From Eledone cirrhosa (lineage: Eukaryota), in contig OZ024743.1 in NCBI GenBank assembly GCA_964016885.1, forward strand, positions 375,534,001 through 375,598,000: a stretch of DNA of 64,000 bases. Direction: 5' to 3'. A program made the translations under genes and the position numbers. Positions 30,344 to 47,650 of this stretch are shown piece by piece. Position 1 is the first letter of the stretch. Each line of letters begins with the position of its first letter. The notes beneath the pieces were generated by a model that was not told the origin of the DNA, did no database searches, and worked only from the letters and a program-made list of their open reading frames with translations.

Positions 30344-32770
30344 TTGTTATACTTGGGGAGGGTCATATTTGCGTAATATTGCCAGAATTAATAACAGAAC
30401 ACACTCACTGGTTATACGCCCCATAATCAAGATGTCCCCAGATGTATGTGAAAGTACAGAGGACCTCCTCAGCAGAATCAGTGAGTGCAACAAAAACAGG
30501 AGCCTATCCAACTGCATAATAGGCAGCATGGATGTGGTGTCACTGTACCCATCCATTAACATTGATTTTGCTGTGAAAAGATGTGTGGAGATGATCATTG
30601 AGAGCGAGGTGGAGTTCTGCGACGTCGACACAGACGAACTGGGCCTCCTACTTAGACTTACCTACGACACTGACTACCTAGACAGCCATGACCTTAGATG
30701 TTTCTGCCCTAGTAGACCTATAAGAGGTAGACCCCCCACCATAACCTCAATGGCTAAAAAGACTCCCATAGGAAGGTGGATTGGGTGGACCAAAGCCATA
30801 CGGACCCCCCAAAACACTGATCAGGTAAGAAAAATGGTCGCACATGCAATAGGGGCTAGTATCAAAACTACCCTAAAGGGCCACATATTTAAGTTCAATG
30901 AGAAAATTTACACCCAAAATGAGGGAGCAGCCATCGGCGTCAGCATAGCTGGTGATGTTGCCAACCTTTTCATGGTATGGTGGGAAAGGAGACTTAAAGA
31001 TCTCCTTAATGAAAGCTCCATAGACCTCATCATGTACTCTCGTTATGTAGATGATATCAATATAGTTATAAGAGAGCACTAACAAGTTTGATTTAGAACG
31101 TAGCACGATGGAAAGCATCCAGCAGATAGCTAATTCCATACACCAGAGTATAACTGTAACTATAGACTTCCCTTCCAAGCACCCTAACAATAGACTACCT
31201 GTATTAGACACAGAACTCTGGATTAACACTATAGACGAGAGAGCCCAAATTCTCCACTCACACTATGCTAAACCCATGGCCTCCAAATACCTGATACTCA
31301 AAAACTCAGCAATGTCCAGTAGTGCTAAGTTTAATATTCTGATCGCAGATTTGGTACGAGTGATGAAGAATGTGTCCAGCATGTGCGACCCAACAGAAAT
31401 GGAAGGACACATCCAACACTTCATCAACCGCATGCAGTTCTCTGGCTACAACCAAAGAGACAGAGTCAGAGTATACGAAGGAGCCATGGAAAAGTATAAG
31501 ACCCTCATAGAACTGGACATGAAAGGAATCTGCCCACTATACAGGAGCAAATCATGGAATAGCTTAGATAGGGCTAGACATAAGATAGGGAAGGCCACAT
31601 CATGGTACGACAACCAGAGATATCAGAGTGTCATGTTTGTGGACGCCACCCCTGGAGGGAAATTAGCTAACCAGTGTAGAAAGGCCTGAGAAAGACCCAC
31701 TTAAAAATAAAGGTGGTAGAAAAGCCAGGAACCACCATAAAATCCCTGATCAGCAAAACCTACCCTTTTAAGAAAACCCACTGTACCAATAGGAAGTGTA
31801 TCATATGTAAGGTGAACCTCCGGATAAACTGTAAAACTAGAAACGTAGTCTATAGCATAAGATGTACAGAGGGTACTTGCAGAAACATGACAACAACATA
31901 CATAGGTGAGACAGCTCGTAGCATAGGTGAAAGGATAGACCAACACTGGGGGGGAACTAAAAGGACGAAAAAACGGGTCAGTACTATACGAACATGCTAG
32001 ACAACAACATGACGGTAACATAGACAACATAGAAATTAGAATAATATCTAAACATAGGAATGACCCAGCAGATAGGCAAATCAGAGAGGCCAGTGAAATA
32101 GAAATTAGAAGACCAAAGCTAAACAGAAAGAATGAGTGGAACAACAACAACACCCAAACAAACAACACTGACCTAAGAGAAGTATAAATAAGTAAATAAA
32201 ATTAAATAAAATAAGATAAATAAATACATACACAAGCACAATAACAACAAGCACATAAACACACACTAGTCACCCAGCAGACACAACACTATACACACTA
32301 GTCACACATCACACATAACACTATACACACACGCAAACGCATGCGCAAAGAAGACAAAATAAAATAAGATAAACAAACAAGCAAATAAATAAATAAATAT
32401 ATAGACAGACTGAATAAAAAATGGCGTAGACATACAACACAACAGGAGGAACAATGAATATAACACCACTGACGATGTTGCAGATGTGCAACGAAAGATT
32501 TATGTAAATTATGTAAACTATATATATATATATGTGTTTGTGTCTATATTGTACCTGTATTATTTTTGAACGCCGGTCAGTCAATGGCAACATTGAGGAC
32601 CGAGTAAGTTAGATCGCAGATATAATAAAAGACAGCGAGAAGCGAAAACCAACCAAACAGTGAGTGTGTTCTGTTATTAATTCTGGCAATATTACGCAAA
32701 TATGACCCTCCCCAAGTATAACAATATCTGTTTCGACACACGATTTCATATAAAAAACCTCGCAAAACTA
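30342..32770 (+). mobile_element. 5'-truncated PLE (Neptune-like, Cys linker), with short inverted pLTR piece (30342-30410 / 32658-32725)
   Basis: GSMDVVSLYPSI, GAAIGVSIAGDVANLFM, YSRYVDDI, LPVLD; CTNRKCIIC..NCKTRNVVYSIRC..YIGETARSIGERIDQH; frameshifts. Confidence 0.88.
32467..32504 (+). ncRNA. Candidate minimal hammerhead with an extra U after A9
   Basis: ca-CUGACGA-u-GUUGCA-gatg-UGCAAC-GAAA-GAUUUA-tg; weak stems I and III. Confidence 0.5.
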
Positions 32771-32779
32771 TATATATAT

Positions 32780-32840
<61 letters not shown>

Positions 32841-32849
32841 TATATACAC

Positions 32850-32920
<71 letters not shown>

Positions 32921-32929
32921 TATGTATAC

Positions 32930-32976
<47 letters not shown>

Positions 32977-32978
32977 CA

Positions 32979-33045
<67 letters not shown>

Positions 33046-33099
33046 GTATACATATATACATGTATATATATATATACATATATATATATGTATACATAT

Positions 33100-33148
<49 letters not shown>

Positions 33149-33180
33149 ATATATACATATATATATAAATATACATATAT

Positions 33181-33366
33181 TTGGGAGCCCCTACATGGAC
33201 ACACTAGAAGTGGAAGACCAAGGTTAACATATGTTGATGCCCTAAGGACAGACACTGGTCTGTTGGAGACGCAGGATATGTCAGCGATAATGAGGGACAG
33301 AGACCGCTGGAGAGAACTCGTCCATGGATCTCGGGAATTTTACCCGCCTTAGATAGATAGATAGAT
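33181..33366 (+). mobile_element. RTE-type LINE 3' fragment with (TAGA)n tail
   Basis: [37 protein letters not shown]. Confidence 0.8.
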
Positions 33367-34657
<1,291 letters not shown>

Positions 34658-34660
<3 letters not shown>

Positions 34661-37600
34661 CTTTGAATAACTTTGAATAACTTTGAAATGTTTTGGCCAG
34701 TATTGGCCCAGGCCATGTCTAACTAAATAGCACCACCTGGCGAAGTCTTTCAATTCAGGATTTGGGCACCATGGCCCATTCGAGGAGAGAATTACTGTTT
34801 GCGGAGACATATCCGTGTGTGGGTGGTTTGTCCGGGATTACTTGGAGGAATTTGTCCAAAGAGTTCTTGAATTTTGTGTGGTCAGTTTCTGTTTTGACGT
34901 GTCCTGGTGTGATGTTGAAGAGAGCAGGGCCGATTGAGGTGAAATAATTGTGCCGTATTGTTGTTATGAGTTGCGATTTAGATTTTTGAATGGGACGGAT
35001 AGCACGGGGCCCAAGCCTTGGGTGTATCTTGAAGGCGATGCCAACATCATTTGGGCAGTGATGATGGAACATTTTCCACATCATGCAGATAATATAACGC
35101 TCACGGCGACGTTGGAGTGAGTAAAGTTTCAGGTTTTCTAATCGACCCCAGTAGTCAAGGTCTGACATGCCATCTATCTTTTTTGTGATTGCCCTTTGAG
35201 GAGCTTCAAGTTTCATGATACTTTGTTTCGTGTGGGGAGACCACAGTGGACAACAGTATTCAAGGTGTGGTCGGGCGAAAGTAGAGAAGAGAAGGATAAT
35301 GGTGCGGGAATCTCTCGACTGGAAGGTTCTGAGGATCCAGGAACACATTCTGCGGGCCATGTCAACTTTGCTGCTTATATACGTGGTCCAGCTTATGTTG
35401 CTGTCCACGGTTACTCCCAAGTCTCTGATGTTGTTAGATGCCACGAGAGTTTCCCCGGAGGGAAGGGAGTACGGGAGTTTCAGAGCATCCTCTTTTCCAA
35501 AGTGGATCAGTTCGAATTTGTCTTCGTTCAGTAACATGTTGTTCTTTTCTGCCCATTGGGTAACAGCCAGTAGGTCTGACTGAAGGCTTATCCGGTCATC
35601 CACGCCATTGATGACCTTTTGGAGCTTGGAATCATCAGCGAAAATTTTAATGTTGCTGTGTTTGATGATGTCAGTGATGTCATTAATATAGATGATGAAG
35701 AGAAGTGGGCCCAACACAGTGCCTTGTGGGACCCCACTACTGACTTTGGCTGGGCTTGATTTGACTCCCTCAACTACAACATGTTGGGTTCTGTTTGACA
35801 GGAAGCTCTTGATCCACTGCAGCAGCTTTCCAGTGACACCAATATTGGACAGCTTTCTCAGTAGAATGTTATGATCAACCCTGTCAAAGGCCTTGCTGAA
35901 ATCAAGGTAGATAACATCAGTGTTGGAACCCTCTCCCAAGGCTCTCAAAATGTCATCAAAGTGATGCAGTAGTTGCGTCAGGCAATCCCTTCCATTACGG
36001 AATCCATGCTGGTTGGAGTTCAGCATATTGTTACTCTCAAGGAAGTGGGTCATTCGCGATCTCACCACTCGCTCAAATACCTTAATGATATGAGAGGTGA
36101 GTGAGATTGGACGGTAATTCACGGCAAGGGATTTGTTTCCCTTTTTGAAAACTGGGACAACAGACTGGGATAGAAGGTTTTCTGGCACATATCCAGCATC
36201 CAGTGAGTTCCGCCACAGATTGGCAAGAGGAGAAGCAAGTTGGTGTTGACACGCCTTCAAGACACAAGCAGGGAACCTATCGGGACCTACTGCTGAATTA
36301 TGCTTGATTTCCTTTATTGCCGCCAAGACATCAGGGGCGCCAAACGTTATGTCCGATAAGGTGTAATGGGGAGTAACATCGCCGATACAGCCCAGATCGG
36401 CCATATCAGGATTGCTGAAAACAGAGCAGTATTGTTTCTGCAGTATCTCACCCATGGTTTTAGCATTGTCTTGAAGAGTGCCATTTTCATCAATTAGAGG
36501 GCCAACAGTAGAGCCAGTGATTTTGTGTTTTTTTGCAAATGAAAAGAACACTTTGGGATTGAGTTTGATCTTCTCAATGGCCCAGGCCTCTTCAGCTCTT
36601 CTCTGATTGTTGATGAGGGACATTATGTTGTTTTGGAGGTTATGTTTTTTAATCTCTAGTGATGAAATGGCAGTCAAGTTGATGTGTTGCTGCTGACAGT
36701 ATTTCAGCTTGTTGATTTTTTTGTTCGTTCTCTTAATTTTTCTGATGAGCGTTTTTCTATTTCTAGGGATTCTGCTCTTAGATTTGTTTATAGTTCTTAA
36801 TGGGGTGTGTTTAGCACATATGTTTGTAACAGTGTCCACAAATGTCTGCCAGGACTTTTTGATGTTAGTGGGTGTATGAGTGTGCGTGAAGGACCAGTCG
36901 ACATGTGCAAGATCATGACTGATCGCTTCCCAGTTTGCATTGTGGAAATCCATAGCGTCAAACGGATGGACAGGAGAGATGACATTGGGTTTGTATATTG
37001 GACGGTGGAATCTCAGATCACAGAGAACCATGTCATGATCAGAGAGTAGAGTTTTCTCCACTGCAATATTGTGGATATTGTCAGTGTGATTGCTGAAAAT
37101 TAAGTCTAGGACGTTTTTGTGGCACCTCGTTGGTTCGAGCACTAGTTGGGATAGGAAGAAATCATCCATGAAGTCAAGAAGCGATTCCACAGCTTCCCTG
37201 TCAGAGGTTGAGGCAGAAGAACCTGGTGGCAGGGTGTTTGTGGACCAGTCAACTCCGGGGAGGTTGAAGTCCCCCATCATTAAGATGTTGTCAGGGTGAC
37301 ACTCTTGGATGAAACAATGCTGTTGAGGCATTCCTTGAAGCATGGTACAGGCGTTTGGGGTGGCCTATAGAGCCCAACTACTAATAGGTTGTTGGTTTGA
37401 CTGAATACAGTGACTGCCTCACAGTATCCATTAGTGAATATGTTCATAGCCTCTGTTGAGAAAGAATTATGGACATAAATGGCAGTTCCGCCCTTTCTTC
37501 TGCCAGCGCGATCAGCACGGATGGCTTTGAAATTTTTCACTTTCACCTCGGCTTCCAAGTGGAGGTTACTGAGATGGGTTTCAGTGAGGACGAAGAAAGG

Positions 37601-37836
37601 GATGTGGTTTGGATGGACATCAATCCAGTCCTCCAGGAATTTGATCTTCCATTTTTGAGTATTGGTGGAAGGGCTGATGCCTTGGGCGTTAAGCAAAAAT
37701 GTAGAGGCGAGAGTGGATGGTTTTAATTGTTTTGGTGTGTTGTTAATTTGTTTGTTTGTTAATGGCAGCAATGGGAGTTTGTGCAGTGGGGTGATAGTGG
37801 AGGGTGGTGCTGGGTGATAGCTCGAATGTTTTTTTT
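34658..37836 (-). mobile_element. LINE family B copy, 5' truncated, ORF2 frameshifted by a 4-bp deletion near 37317
   Basis: Nearly identical to 11451-14632; same (TTCAAAGTTA)x3 tail; ORFs 34755-37343 and 37280-37771. Confidence 0.93.
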
Positions 37837-37854
37837 ATATATACATATATATAC

Positions 37855-37866
<12 letters not shown>

Positions 37867-37885
<19 letters not shown>

Positions 37886-38426
37886 GTTAAAAGAATAGAG
37901 GTGTAACACACAAGTTATTATATATTGGTAAACGGAATAGAAAATGCTGACAAATTGTTCACAGTTGAAAAATGGTTTAATTAGGAATAAAAGAGTATTA
38001 GTGATTGTATGGGTTAGTATTCAGTTGTGGTTTTAAGTTTTTAAGTTTTTACCGGTTGCGCATTTCTAAATGCTTTTCAAAAATAATTTTGAGATAGAGT
38101 GTCCGTGCTGTTTGCTCTGATCTGATTAGTTTTGGGAATTCTACCTGTTTTTATGTTAAAAAAATGGCTCCAGCGTTATTTTTGTGTTGTAAAAATGCTT
38201 GTGGTCAAAACAATTTTGATTGGTCGGTAGAGGTCATGTGAATGTAAAAAGTTGATTTTGCGCCAAGACTGTTTAAAAGCTGAAAAATATCTTTTGACCT
38301 TCGAATGACTCTGCTGTGTGTATGTACGCACACACACACACACACGCACACACACTTATCTTAATAGCCATTTGACACACATCGCTGGTGGCTATTGTCG
38401 CAGCATCGAACACCTTACTACTACTA

Positions 38427-38458
<32 letters not shown>

Positions 38459-38937
38459 TTGTTGTGAAAGAGTCATTTCTCAATCTTGGCGCAAAACCAA
38501 TTTTTTATCCACATGACCTCTACCGACCAATCAAAATTGTTTTGACCATAATCTTTGCTGGAGCCACTTTTCTAACATTCTAACATAAAAACAGTCTTGG
38601 CGCAAAATCAACTTTTTACATTCACATGACCTCTACCGACCAATCAAAATTGTTTTGACCACAAGCATTTTTACAACACAAAAATAACGCTGGAGCCATT
38701 TTTTTAACATAAAAACAGGTAGAATTCCCAAAACTAATCAGATCAGAGCAAACAGCACGGACACTCTATCTCAAAATTATTTTTGAAAAGCATTTAGAAA
38801 TGCGCAACCGGTAAAAACTTAAAAACTTAAAACCACAACTGAATACTAACCCATACAATCACTAATACTCTTTTATTCCTAATTAAACCATTTTTCAACT
38901 GTGAACAATTTGTCAGCATTTTCTATTCCGTTTACCA

Positions 38938-38944
<7 letters not shown>
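37867..38944. mobile_element. Fold-back element: ~356-bp arms (37919-38274 / 38589-38944), tail 37867-37918, spacer with a diverged ~110-bp tandem unit
   Basis: Arms are essentially perfect reverse complements; each holds an HHR-like motif. Confidence 0.92.
38780..38816 (+). ncRNA. Hammerhead-like motif, U3-A8 core with A13C (mirror at 38047-38083 on -)
   Basis: ttt-UUGAAAA-GCAUU-taga-AAUGC-GCAA-CCGG-UA-aaa. Confidence 0.5.
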
Positions 38945-39546
<602 letters not shown>

Positions 39547-39547
39547 G

Positions 39548-40050
<503 letters not shown>

Positions 40051-40055
40051 ATATA

Positions 40056-40196
<141 letters not shown>

Positions 40197-40203
40197 GTAT
40201 ATA

Positions 40204-40610
<407 letters not shown>

Positions 40611-40658
40611 GTATATATATATAAGAGAGAGAGATGGGGCAATAGAAATTGACTTTAA

Positions 40659-40806
40659 AATGATGATGAAGATGATGATCGTCGTGATCCTTATCATGAT
40701 CATGATGATGGTGGTGGTACTGCTGCTGCTTGTAGTGCTGGTGATGGTGGTGGTACTGCTGCTGCTTGTAGTGCTGGTGATGGTGAGGAACATCATCATC
40801 ATCATT
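40659..40806. repeat. Mixed trinucleotide low-complexity repeat (ATG/GTG/CTG) with a short tandem duplication
   Basis: Direct reading. Confidence 0.8.
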
Positions 40807-41069
40807 ATAGATATTTCTTTCTTCGCATTACTTGGCAGTAAACCAGTAAGCTAATGGCCCAGCCTGTATATCTGTTATGTGTATATCTGTTATGATCTAC
40901 ACTGTCTTCTGTGTCAGTGTGTAGTTTCTACGCATGTGCATACGCATGTCTGTGACTGTGCATTCATACTGAAGTAAAATTTATACAAACAACCTAACCA
41001 TGCGTCTAATAGGATGTGGGCGAAAATCTTCCAGATCTTTCGATCCTTCTTAATTGCAGACTCTGTGTG

Positions 41070-41150
<81 letters not shown>

Positions 41151-41254
41151 ATGTGTGAGTGTGTGTATATATATACATATATATATATATGTACATATAT
41201 ATGTGTGTGTGTGCGTGTGTGTGTTAGTGTTTATAAATATGTATGTGTGTGTGA

Positions 41255-41298
<44 letters not shown>

Positions 41299-41300
<2 letters not shown>

Positions 41301-41366
41301 GTAGGTCCCGGGTTGAGTCGGGGATAACCACAGTAAGTAAGGTACTCAATACATGGCAGAGTAAAA

Positions 41367-41370
<4 letters not shown>
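41299..41370 (-). mobile_element. Diverged solo tail of the 27071 family
   Basis: Reverse complement resembles 27200-27268 (actctgc.atgtattgagtaccttacttactgtggtta). Confidence 0.8.
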
Positions 41371-41417
<47 letters not shown>

Positions 41418-41596
41418 TGTCTGTCTGTGTTTCGTTTTGTTTTTTTCTCTGAAAATTCCTAATAAGTCTTTCGTATTGAGATTTGGTAAACAAATCATAA
41501 ATGAAACTGACGTGATGTCACAATTAAGCAGAATTGTGTTGCTTTAGATAGAATTTCCATTCACGACTGATGTATATTTTCACATGTATATAATGA

Positions 41597-41735
41597 GGCG
41601 GTGAACTGGCAGAGCTGTTAGAACATCAGATAAAGTGTTCCGGCTCTCTCCGATCTATGAGTTCAAAGCCCGCTAAGGTCAACTTTGCTTTTCATACTTT
41701 AGAAGTCGTTAAAAAAATGCCAGTCCAGTACTGGG
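41597..41735 (+). mobile_element. Diverged SINE family 1
   Basis: ggcggtgaactggcaga..gagttcaaagccc..gtcaactttgcttttcat. Confidence 0.7.
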
Positions 41736-41987
41736 GAGCGATTCCACCTCTATATATCTCTCTCACATTCCCTTTCCTTCTTTGGTAGAAATCGACTGAG
41801 TTCAAACTTGGATTTAAGATGAGACGGGTTTAGCAAGGTTTTAAAAATGACCAAGGGATTAAAAAAATCTCTCGATGGCACCCCTACGACTCCATCAAGA
41901 GTTGCGTCCATACATTACTTCTTTATGTAAATGATAATTTCAGAAACAAACAGTTACTGATTTAGAATGTGTGTGTGTGTGTGTGTG

Positions 41988-42165
41988 TGTGGTAAGAGTG
42001 TTGGGCTTACAATCATAATGTCCTGGGCTGAATTCCTGGACTGTGTTGTGTTCTTGAGCAAAACACTTCATTCCACGTTGCTGCAGTATACTCAGCGGAA
42101 AATGAATGCTAACAATAGCTGGGGGGTGGGTTAACCCTGCGATGGATTGGCGTCCTGTCCAGGTG
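41988..42165 (+). mobile_element. Decayed tRNA-derived SINE family 2
   Basis: tRNA-like head followed by gttgtgttcttgagcaaaacacttcatt; similar to 46246-46350. Confidence 0.6.
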
Positions 42166-42892
42166 GAGGTGTCGGGTGCAGGGCTGGTGTTTGTGGTGGT
42201 TATGGTAGTGGTGGGGTGGTGGTATTTGAGGCATCGATCCGTTTATTTTTATAGATGATATGTTGAATGAGACATTACAACGCTAAGTTACAACATAAAG
42301 GTGAAGAGTTAAATAGAAACGAGGAAACAGGTAATATATTTCATAGTATACAATTATATGAGACATTCAGTCCTCCTGGTAGCTCTACAGTCGCAGTGAA
42401 AATCATCATAAACATCATCTTGACTATTAAAAGTCTTGCGACTATCATCAACACAGCTTGATGTAGATAATAAAGTTACTGGCATGAGAAACCTCTCAAC
42501 TGACAGCCACAATAATGTTGCCATTAATAATAAAAATATATTTCTCTAAAGTGTAATATTCGTAATCATCACTTTACCAAAGACGGTTTTTGTACTTATG
42601 GCTTCAACAAAGATTATATTTTAATGATAAAAACAATACCCGTGTGTAAACAATGTAATTCGGAAACTCCTTCGCTCCTTTGATAATTACGTATAACTAT
42701 ATTGTTGAATGTGCAGCATTAAAATCTGTACTTGACCATGAACATACGGCAAGAGTTAGAAAAACTAATGTTGCTACACATTTGTCGGACGCTCCGACAA
42801 TTCTGCTAAGTTATCACTCTAAAAATGTTTCTTAATTATTACAAAACAAATCAATCTTTAGAAAATATAATGTTTTATGTTAATAAAGATTT

Positions 42893-43396
42893 TTACTATA
42901 GACACAAGGCCAGCAATTTGGTGGGAGTGGGAGGGGGAAGTTAATTAAATCGACCCCGTAAGGATGAAAGGCAAAGCTAACCTCGGTGGGATTTGAACTC
43001 AGAACGTAAAGGGACATAATGTTGTCCTATGCTCTACCGATTCTGCCAATCTACCACCCTACTAACCTAACTAACAATGGTTTCTTATATCTTATATAAG
43101 CACAAGTTCAACAATTTTGGAGGAGGGGAAAGTCGATGAAATCGCACCAGTACACCACTGGTACTTTATTTTATCGACCCCGTAAGGATGAAAGGCAAAG
43201 TTAACCTCGGTGGGATTTGAACTCAGATCATAAAGGGCCGTAACTCTATGCTGCAAACCATGGCGTTTGACCCTTTACCGATACTGCCAATCCACCGCCC
43301 TACTAACCTAACTAATAATAATAATTGTTTCTACTTTTGGCACAAGGCCAGCAATTACCTCAGTGCATTACTGGTACTTTATTTTATCGACCCCGT
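42893..43396 (-). mobile_element. Cluster of three tandem SINE family 1 copies (approx. 42893-43060, 43078-43300, 43326-43396 partial)
   Basis: Repeated tcgaccccgtaaggatgaaaggcaaag..ggatttgaactcag, with shared ctactaacctaactaa flank. Confidence 0.85.
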
Positions 43397-43776
43397 GTGA
43401 AGTGAAACATCAAAGGCGCGTGTTTTTTATTAGCAAAATGACCCCTCCAGAATATACCAATATCTCTTTCAACACATGATTTCAGATCTTGCAAAACAAA
43501 TACAAAACCAAATTCACATTAATTTTAACGAATTCAATCGATTACTTGAATGGACGACATTGTCGCTGACTGAACACGTGGCCATGTTTTTAAACAAAGT
43601 AGAAATAAGACAAGAATAAAAACGTCTGTACAAGTAAACACCATCACTGATCTATGGAGCACTTCGTCTAATTGCTGTCGTTGTATTTAATCGATTGAGA
43701 GACGAACATTCGTAGAATAAAATTAGACCATATCAAATAGCAGAATCAAACACAAACACACTAAATGTTGAAAATG

Positions 43777-43849
<73 letters not shown>

Positions 43850-44009
43850 GTGTATATATATATATATATATTTATATATTTATATATATGTATGTTTATA
43901 TATATATGTATATATATATATATTTATATATATATATACATGTATATATATGTGTGTTTATATGTATGAATGTATGTATGTATGTATGTATATATTTATA
44001 TATATATAC

Positions 44010-44078
<69 letters not shown>

Positions 44079-44133
44079 CATACATACATACATACATACA
44101 TACATACATTCATACATATAAACACACATATAT

Positions 44134-44217
<84 letters not shown>

Positions 44218-44760
44218 CACATACATATATATGTGTGTATATATATATATAAATATAATAAACGTAACTGATAATATATCTGAGAATTTAATGGAATTAT
44301 CCATTTTTCTACTGACAAGGACGGGCCATATATTCTCTAGACAGTTGTACTAGTAATATATGCAGTTACATTAGCAACATACGTTCTTTCAAGATATACC
44401 CATCAACGAAGTTTGCCATTATCGAATTTCCAAAGAAGATTGAAAATAAAGAAATATTAAAAAAAAAACAATATATAAATTTTCTAAAGCGATTCTATGT
44501 AAGCAAATCCTCTCGGAATATCCAGGAATATCGGTTAGTTTATTGTTTAGGCACGCTTCGCGCCAGCAGCAAATACATTTTTTCTCATTTACAGACGCTA
44601 GTATATCTTCTTTATTAACCGGTGGTTACTCTCTAAACATTCACAGTTCAATAAAACACAATTTGTTTTACCTTCCAAACCTTCTATTGTATATGGTGCC
44701 GCCTCTAATTACCATTCTTCTCCAATTTATTCAATGCTTTATCTTTATCATTATTTTTTT

Positions 44761-44945
44761 GGCGGTGGCTTGGCAGTATCGGTGGAGGGTCGGACGCCAT
44801 GCTTTCCAGCATAGTTACGTCCCTTTACGATCTGAGTTCAAATCCCGCCGAGGTTGACTTTACCTTTCATCCTTACGGGGTCGATAAAATAAAGTACCAG
44901 TAATGCACTGGGTAATTGCTGGCCTTGTGCCTAAAGTAGAAACAA
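44761..44945 (+). mobile_element. SINE family 1, full length
   Basis: A/B boxes; attatttt on both flanks (TSD). Confidence 0.9.
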
Positions 44946-45479
44946 TTATTTTGGGGGCTCGTTGTTCATTGTATTTTGTTGCTTCAATATTTATACCACT
45001 TACTATTTTAATTTGTTTGCTCAAAGTTATCTTTTCCTGATTTCAATAGTATTAATTTCGTAACTACATTCATAAACGTAAGATATAGTGTTTCCTTGTG
45101 GATGGGGATGGTGGTGATGGTGCTGGAAGGTGAGACATATTAGTTGTTTATATGCTACTGGCTTTCTGATTAACATATATGGCTTTCTGCTTCTTTATGC
45201 TATGTTGACTAGCTGACCCTGTGGGGATTCCAAAATTTAATTTAAGTCAACCACCAGATAAACATCAATATGTCAATATAATGTTTTAAATGTTTTATTT
45301 ATAAGTTATATGTGTGTATGTGTATGTGTGTATGTGTGTGTGTGTGTGTGTGCGCGCGTCTGTGTCTGTGTGTGTGTGTGCGTGTATTTATATATATATA
45401 TATATATACTATCCAGAGAACCTTCAGCTGTCAAGGTTGTTTTTCTACGGTTATGTCAACATTTATAAAACAAATTTTG

Positions 45480-45546
45480 TATTTTATCTGATGAAAGCGC
45501 ACCAAAATTTGCCTTGGATTGCCCTTGAAATATATATAATAAAATA
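45480..45546 (+). ncRNA. Type I hammerhead ribozyme (relative of the 26026 family)
   Basis: tattttat-CUGAUGA-aag..ctt-GAAA-UAUAUAUA^-ataaaata; same downstream atggttttataaatatagtttccatt. Confidence 0.82.
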
Positions 45547-45584
45547 ATTATGGTTTTATAAATATAGTTTCCATTTATTAATAT

Positions 45585-45671
<87 letters not shown>

Positions 45672-45802
45672 GTGAGGTTTTTTTTACAAAATGAAAAACA
45701 ACCGAGGTGTCCTACACGAGTGAAAGTATAAAGAAAAAGGGATGGAATCGAAAATGCAACTGAAGTCTTATTTTTTTTTAAAATATATATATTTATTTGG
45801 TT

Positions 45803-45840
45803 CCTTTACCGGTTTCGCAGTTCTTCTGCTTTTCAAAAGG
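45803..45840 (-). ncRNA. Minimal hammerhead, U3-A8 variant (in element 45665-45868)
   Basis: Identical to 26239-26276. Confidence 0.75.
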
Positions 45841-45863
45841 TGAGTTGAGATGGAGGGTCTGTG

Positions 45864-46226
<363 letters not shown>

Positions 46227-46245
46227 ATACATATATATGTGTGAA

Positions 46246-46350
46246 GGCGCATGGTTTAGTTGTTAGAGAATTGGACTTGTAATCTGGAGGTTGTGTGTTC
46301 GATTCTCGGACCGGGTGATGCGTTATGTCCTTGAGCAAGATACTTTATTT
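46246..46350 (+). mobile_element. tRNA-derived SINE family 2, 5' part
   Basis: ggcgcatggtttagttgttag..gttcgattctc..gtccttgagcaagatacttt. Confidence 0.7.
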
Positions 46351-46978
46351 TGCGTACAATTGTATAGGCACAATGACATAAGAAGATCTGAAAATAAAGT
46401 TGTTAGAAGATCGATTCTCACCATATATATATAGAGAGAGAGAGAGAGTGAGAGAGAGAGAGAGATGTATCGCCAAAGAATAATCGGATAGCAAGTCAAA
46501 GAATTACATAGATGGTAAAATTCCAAAATGTTAATATTTCTATACAGCTATTTCATGAGTACCAGAAAAATGGTAAATAGAAGGCACCGTAAGATGAAAG
46601 ACTCAATCATCAGTAGAAATTCACCTTACTTAACGTATTATAGACGATCAGTGACCATAGATTCAAAAGAGGATCTGAATGCACACAGTGAGGAACATAC
46701 TAATAATATGCAAGTACAGGCAGGCCAGCGGGTATGCTAGAAATAGCAGTGCGTTTGGTCTAAAAGGAAACAGCTCTACTAAAATTTAATGTTAGGAGCA
46801 GAAATACATATATCAAAATAGAAACTAATATGTAAAATTATTAATCATATTGTCTAACAAACGTATAGGTTAACCAAAGTGTTAGCGATAGTCACTGTTA
46901 GAACCTATTGGCAGTTCTAATAATATAACATTAAGAATTTAAGGGTAAGAAACTAAGTTCTTTGACTTCCTATCTGAT

Positions 46979-47114
<136 letters not shown>

Positions 47115-47120
47115 AATATA

Positions 47121-47158
<38 letters not shown>

Positions 47159-47186
47159 AATATATATATAAATATATATAAATATA

Positions 47187-47218
<32 letters not shown>

Positions 47219-47221
47219 AAT

Positions 47222-47386
<165 letters not shown>

Positions 47387-47412
47387 CGATATTCTGTCAT
47401 TAACACGGCAGA

Positions 47413-47497
47413 GGTCTGACGAGCCTTTGATTCCAGAGTCGGGCCAGATCGATACAGATCGAACCATGAGTTGATCAATAGCGAAACGCGCGTCACT
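47413..47497 (+). ncRNA. Type I hammerhead with extended stem II
   Basis: ggt-CUGACGA-GC..[~56 nt]..GC-GAAAC-GCGC-GUC^-act, then AATAAA. Confidence 0.75.
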
Positions 47498-47522
47498 ACT
47501 AAATAAACGTAATGAAGACAAC

Positions 47523-47650
47523 TGGCAGTATCAGTAGAGGGTCGAACGCCATGCTTTGACGCAAAGAGTTACGTCCATTTACGATCTGAGTTCAAATCCC
47601 GCCGAGGTTAACTTTGCCTTACGGGATGGATAAAATAAAGTACCAGTAAT
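47523..47650 (+). mobile_element. SINE family 1 (internally deleted)
   Basis: tggcagtatcagtagagggtcg..gagttcaaatcccgccgagg. Confidence 0.85.

Noticed and set aside
32710-32770. Minus-strand gtcGAAACagatattGTT as a half hammerhead
   Set aside because: No CUGANGA half is present, and it is antisense to the PLE, which already has a sense candidate at 32467.
46246-46320. tRNA gene
   Set aside because: A/B boxes are present but it continues into a SINE body and lacks a clean cloverleaf and terminator.
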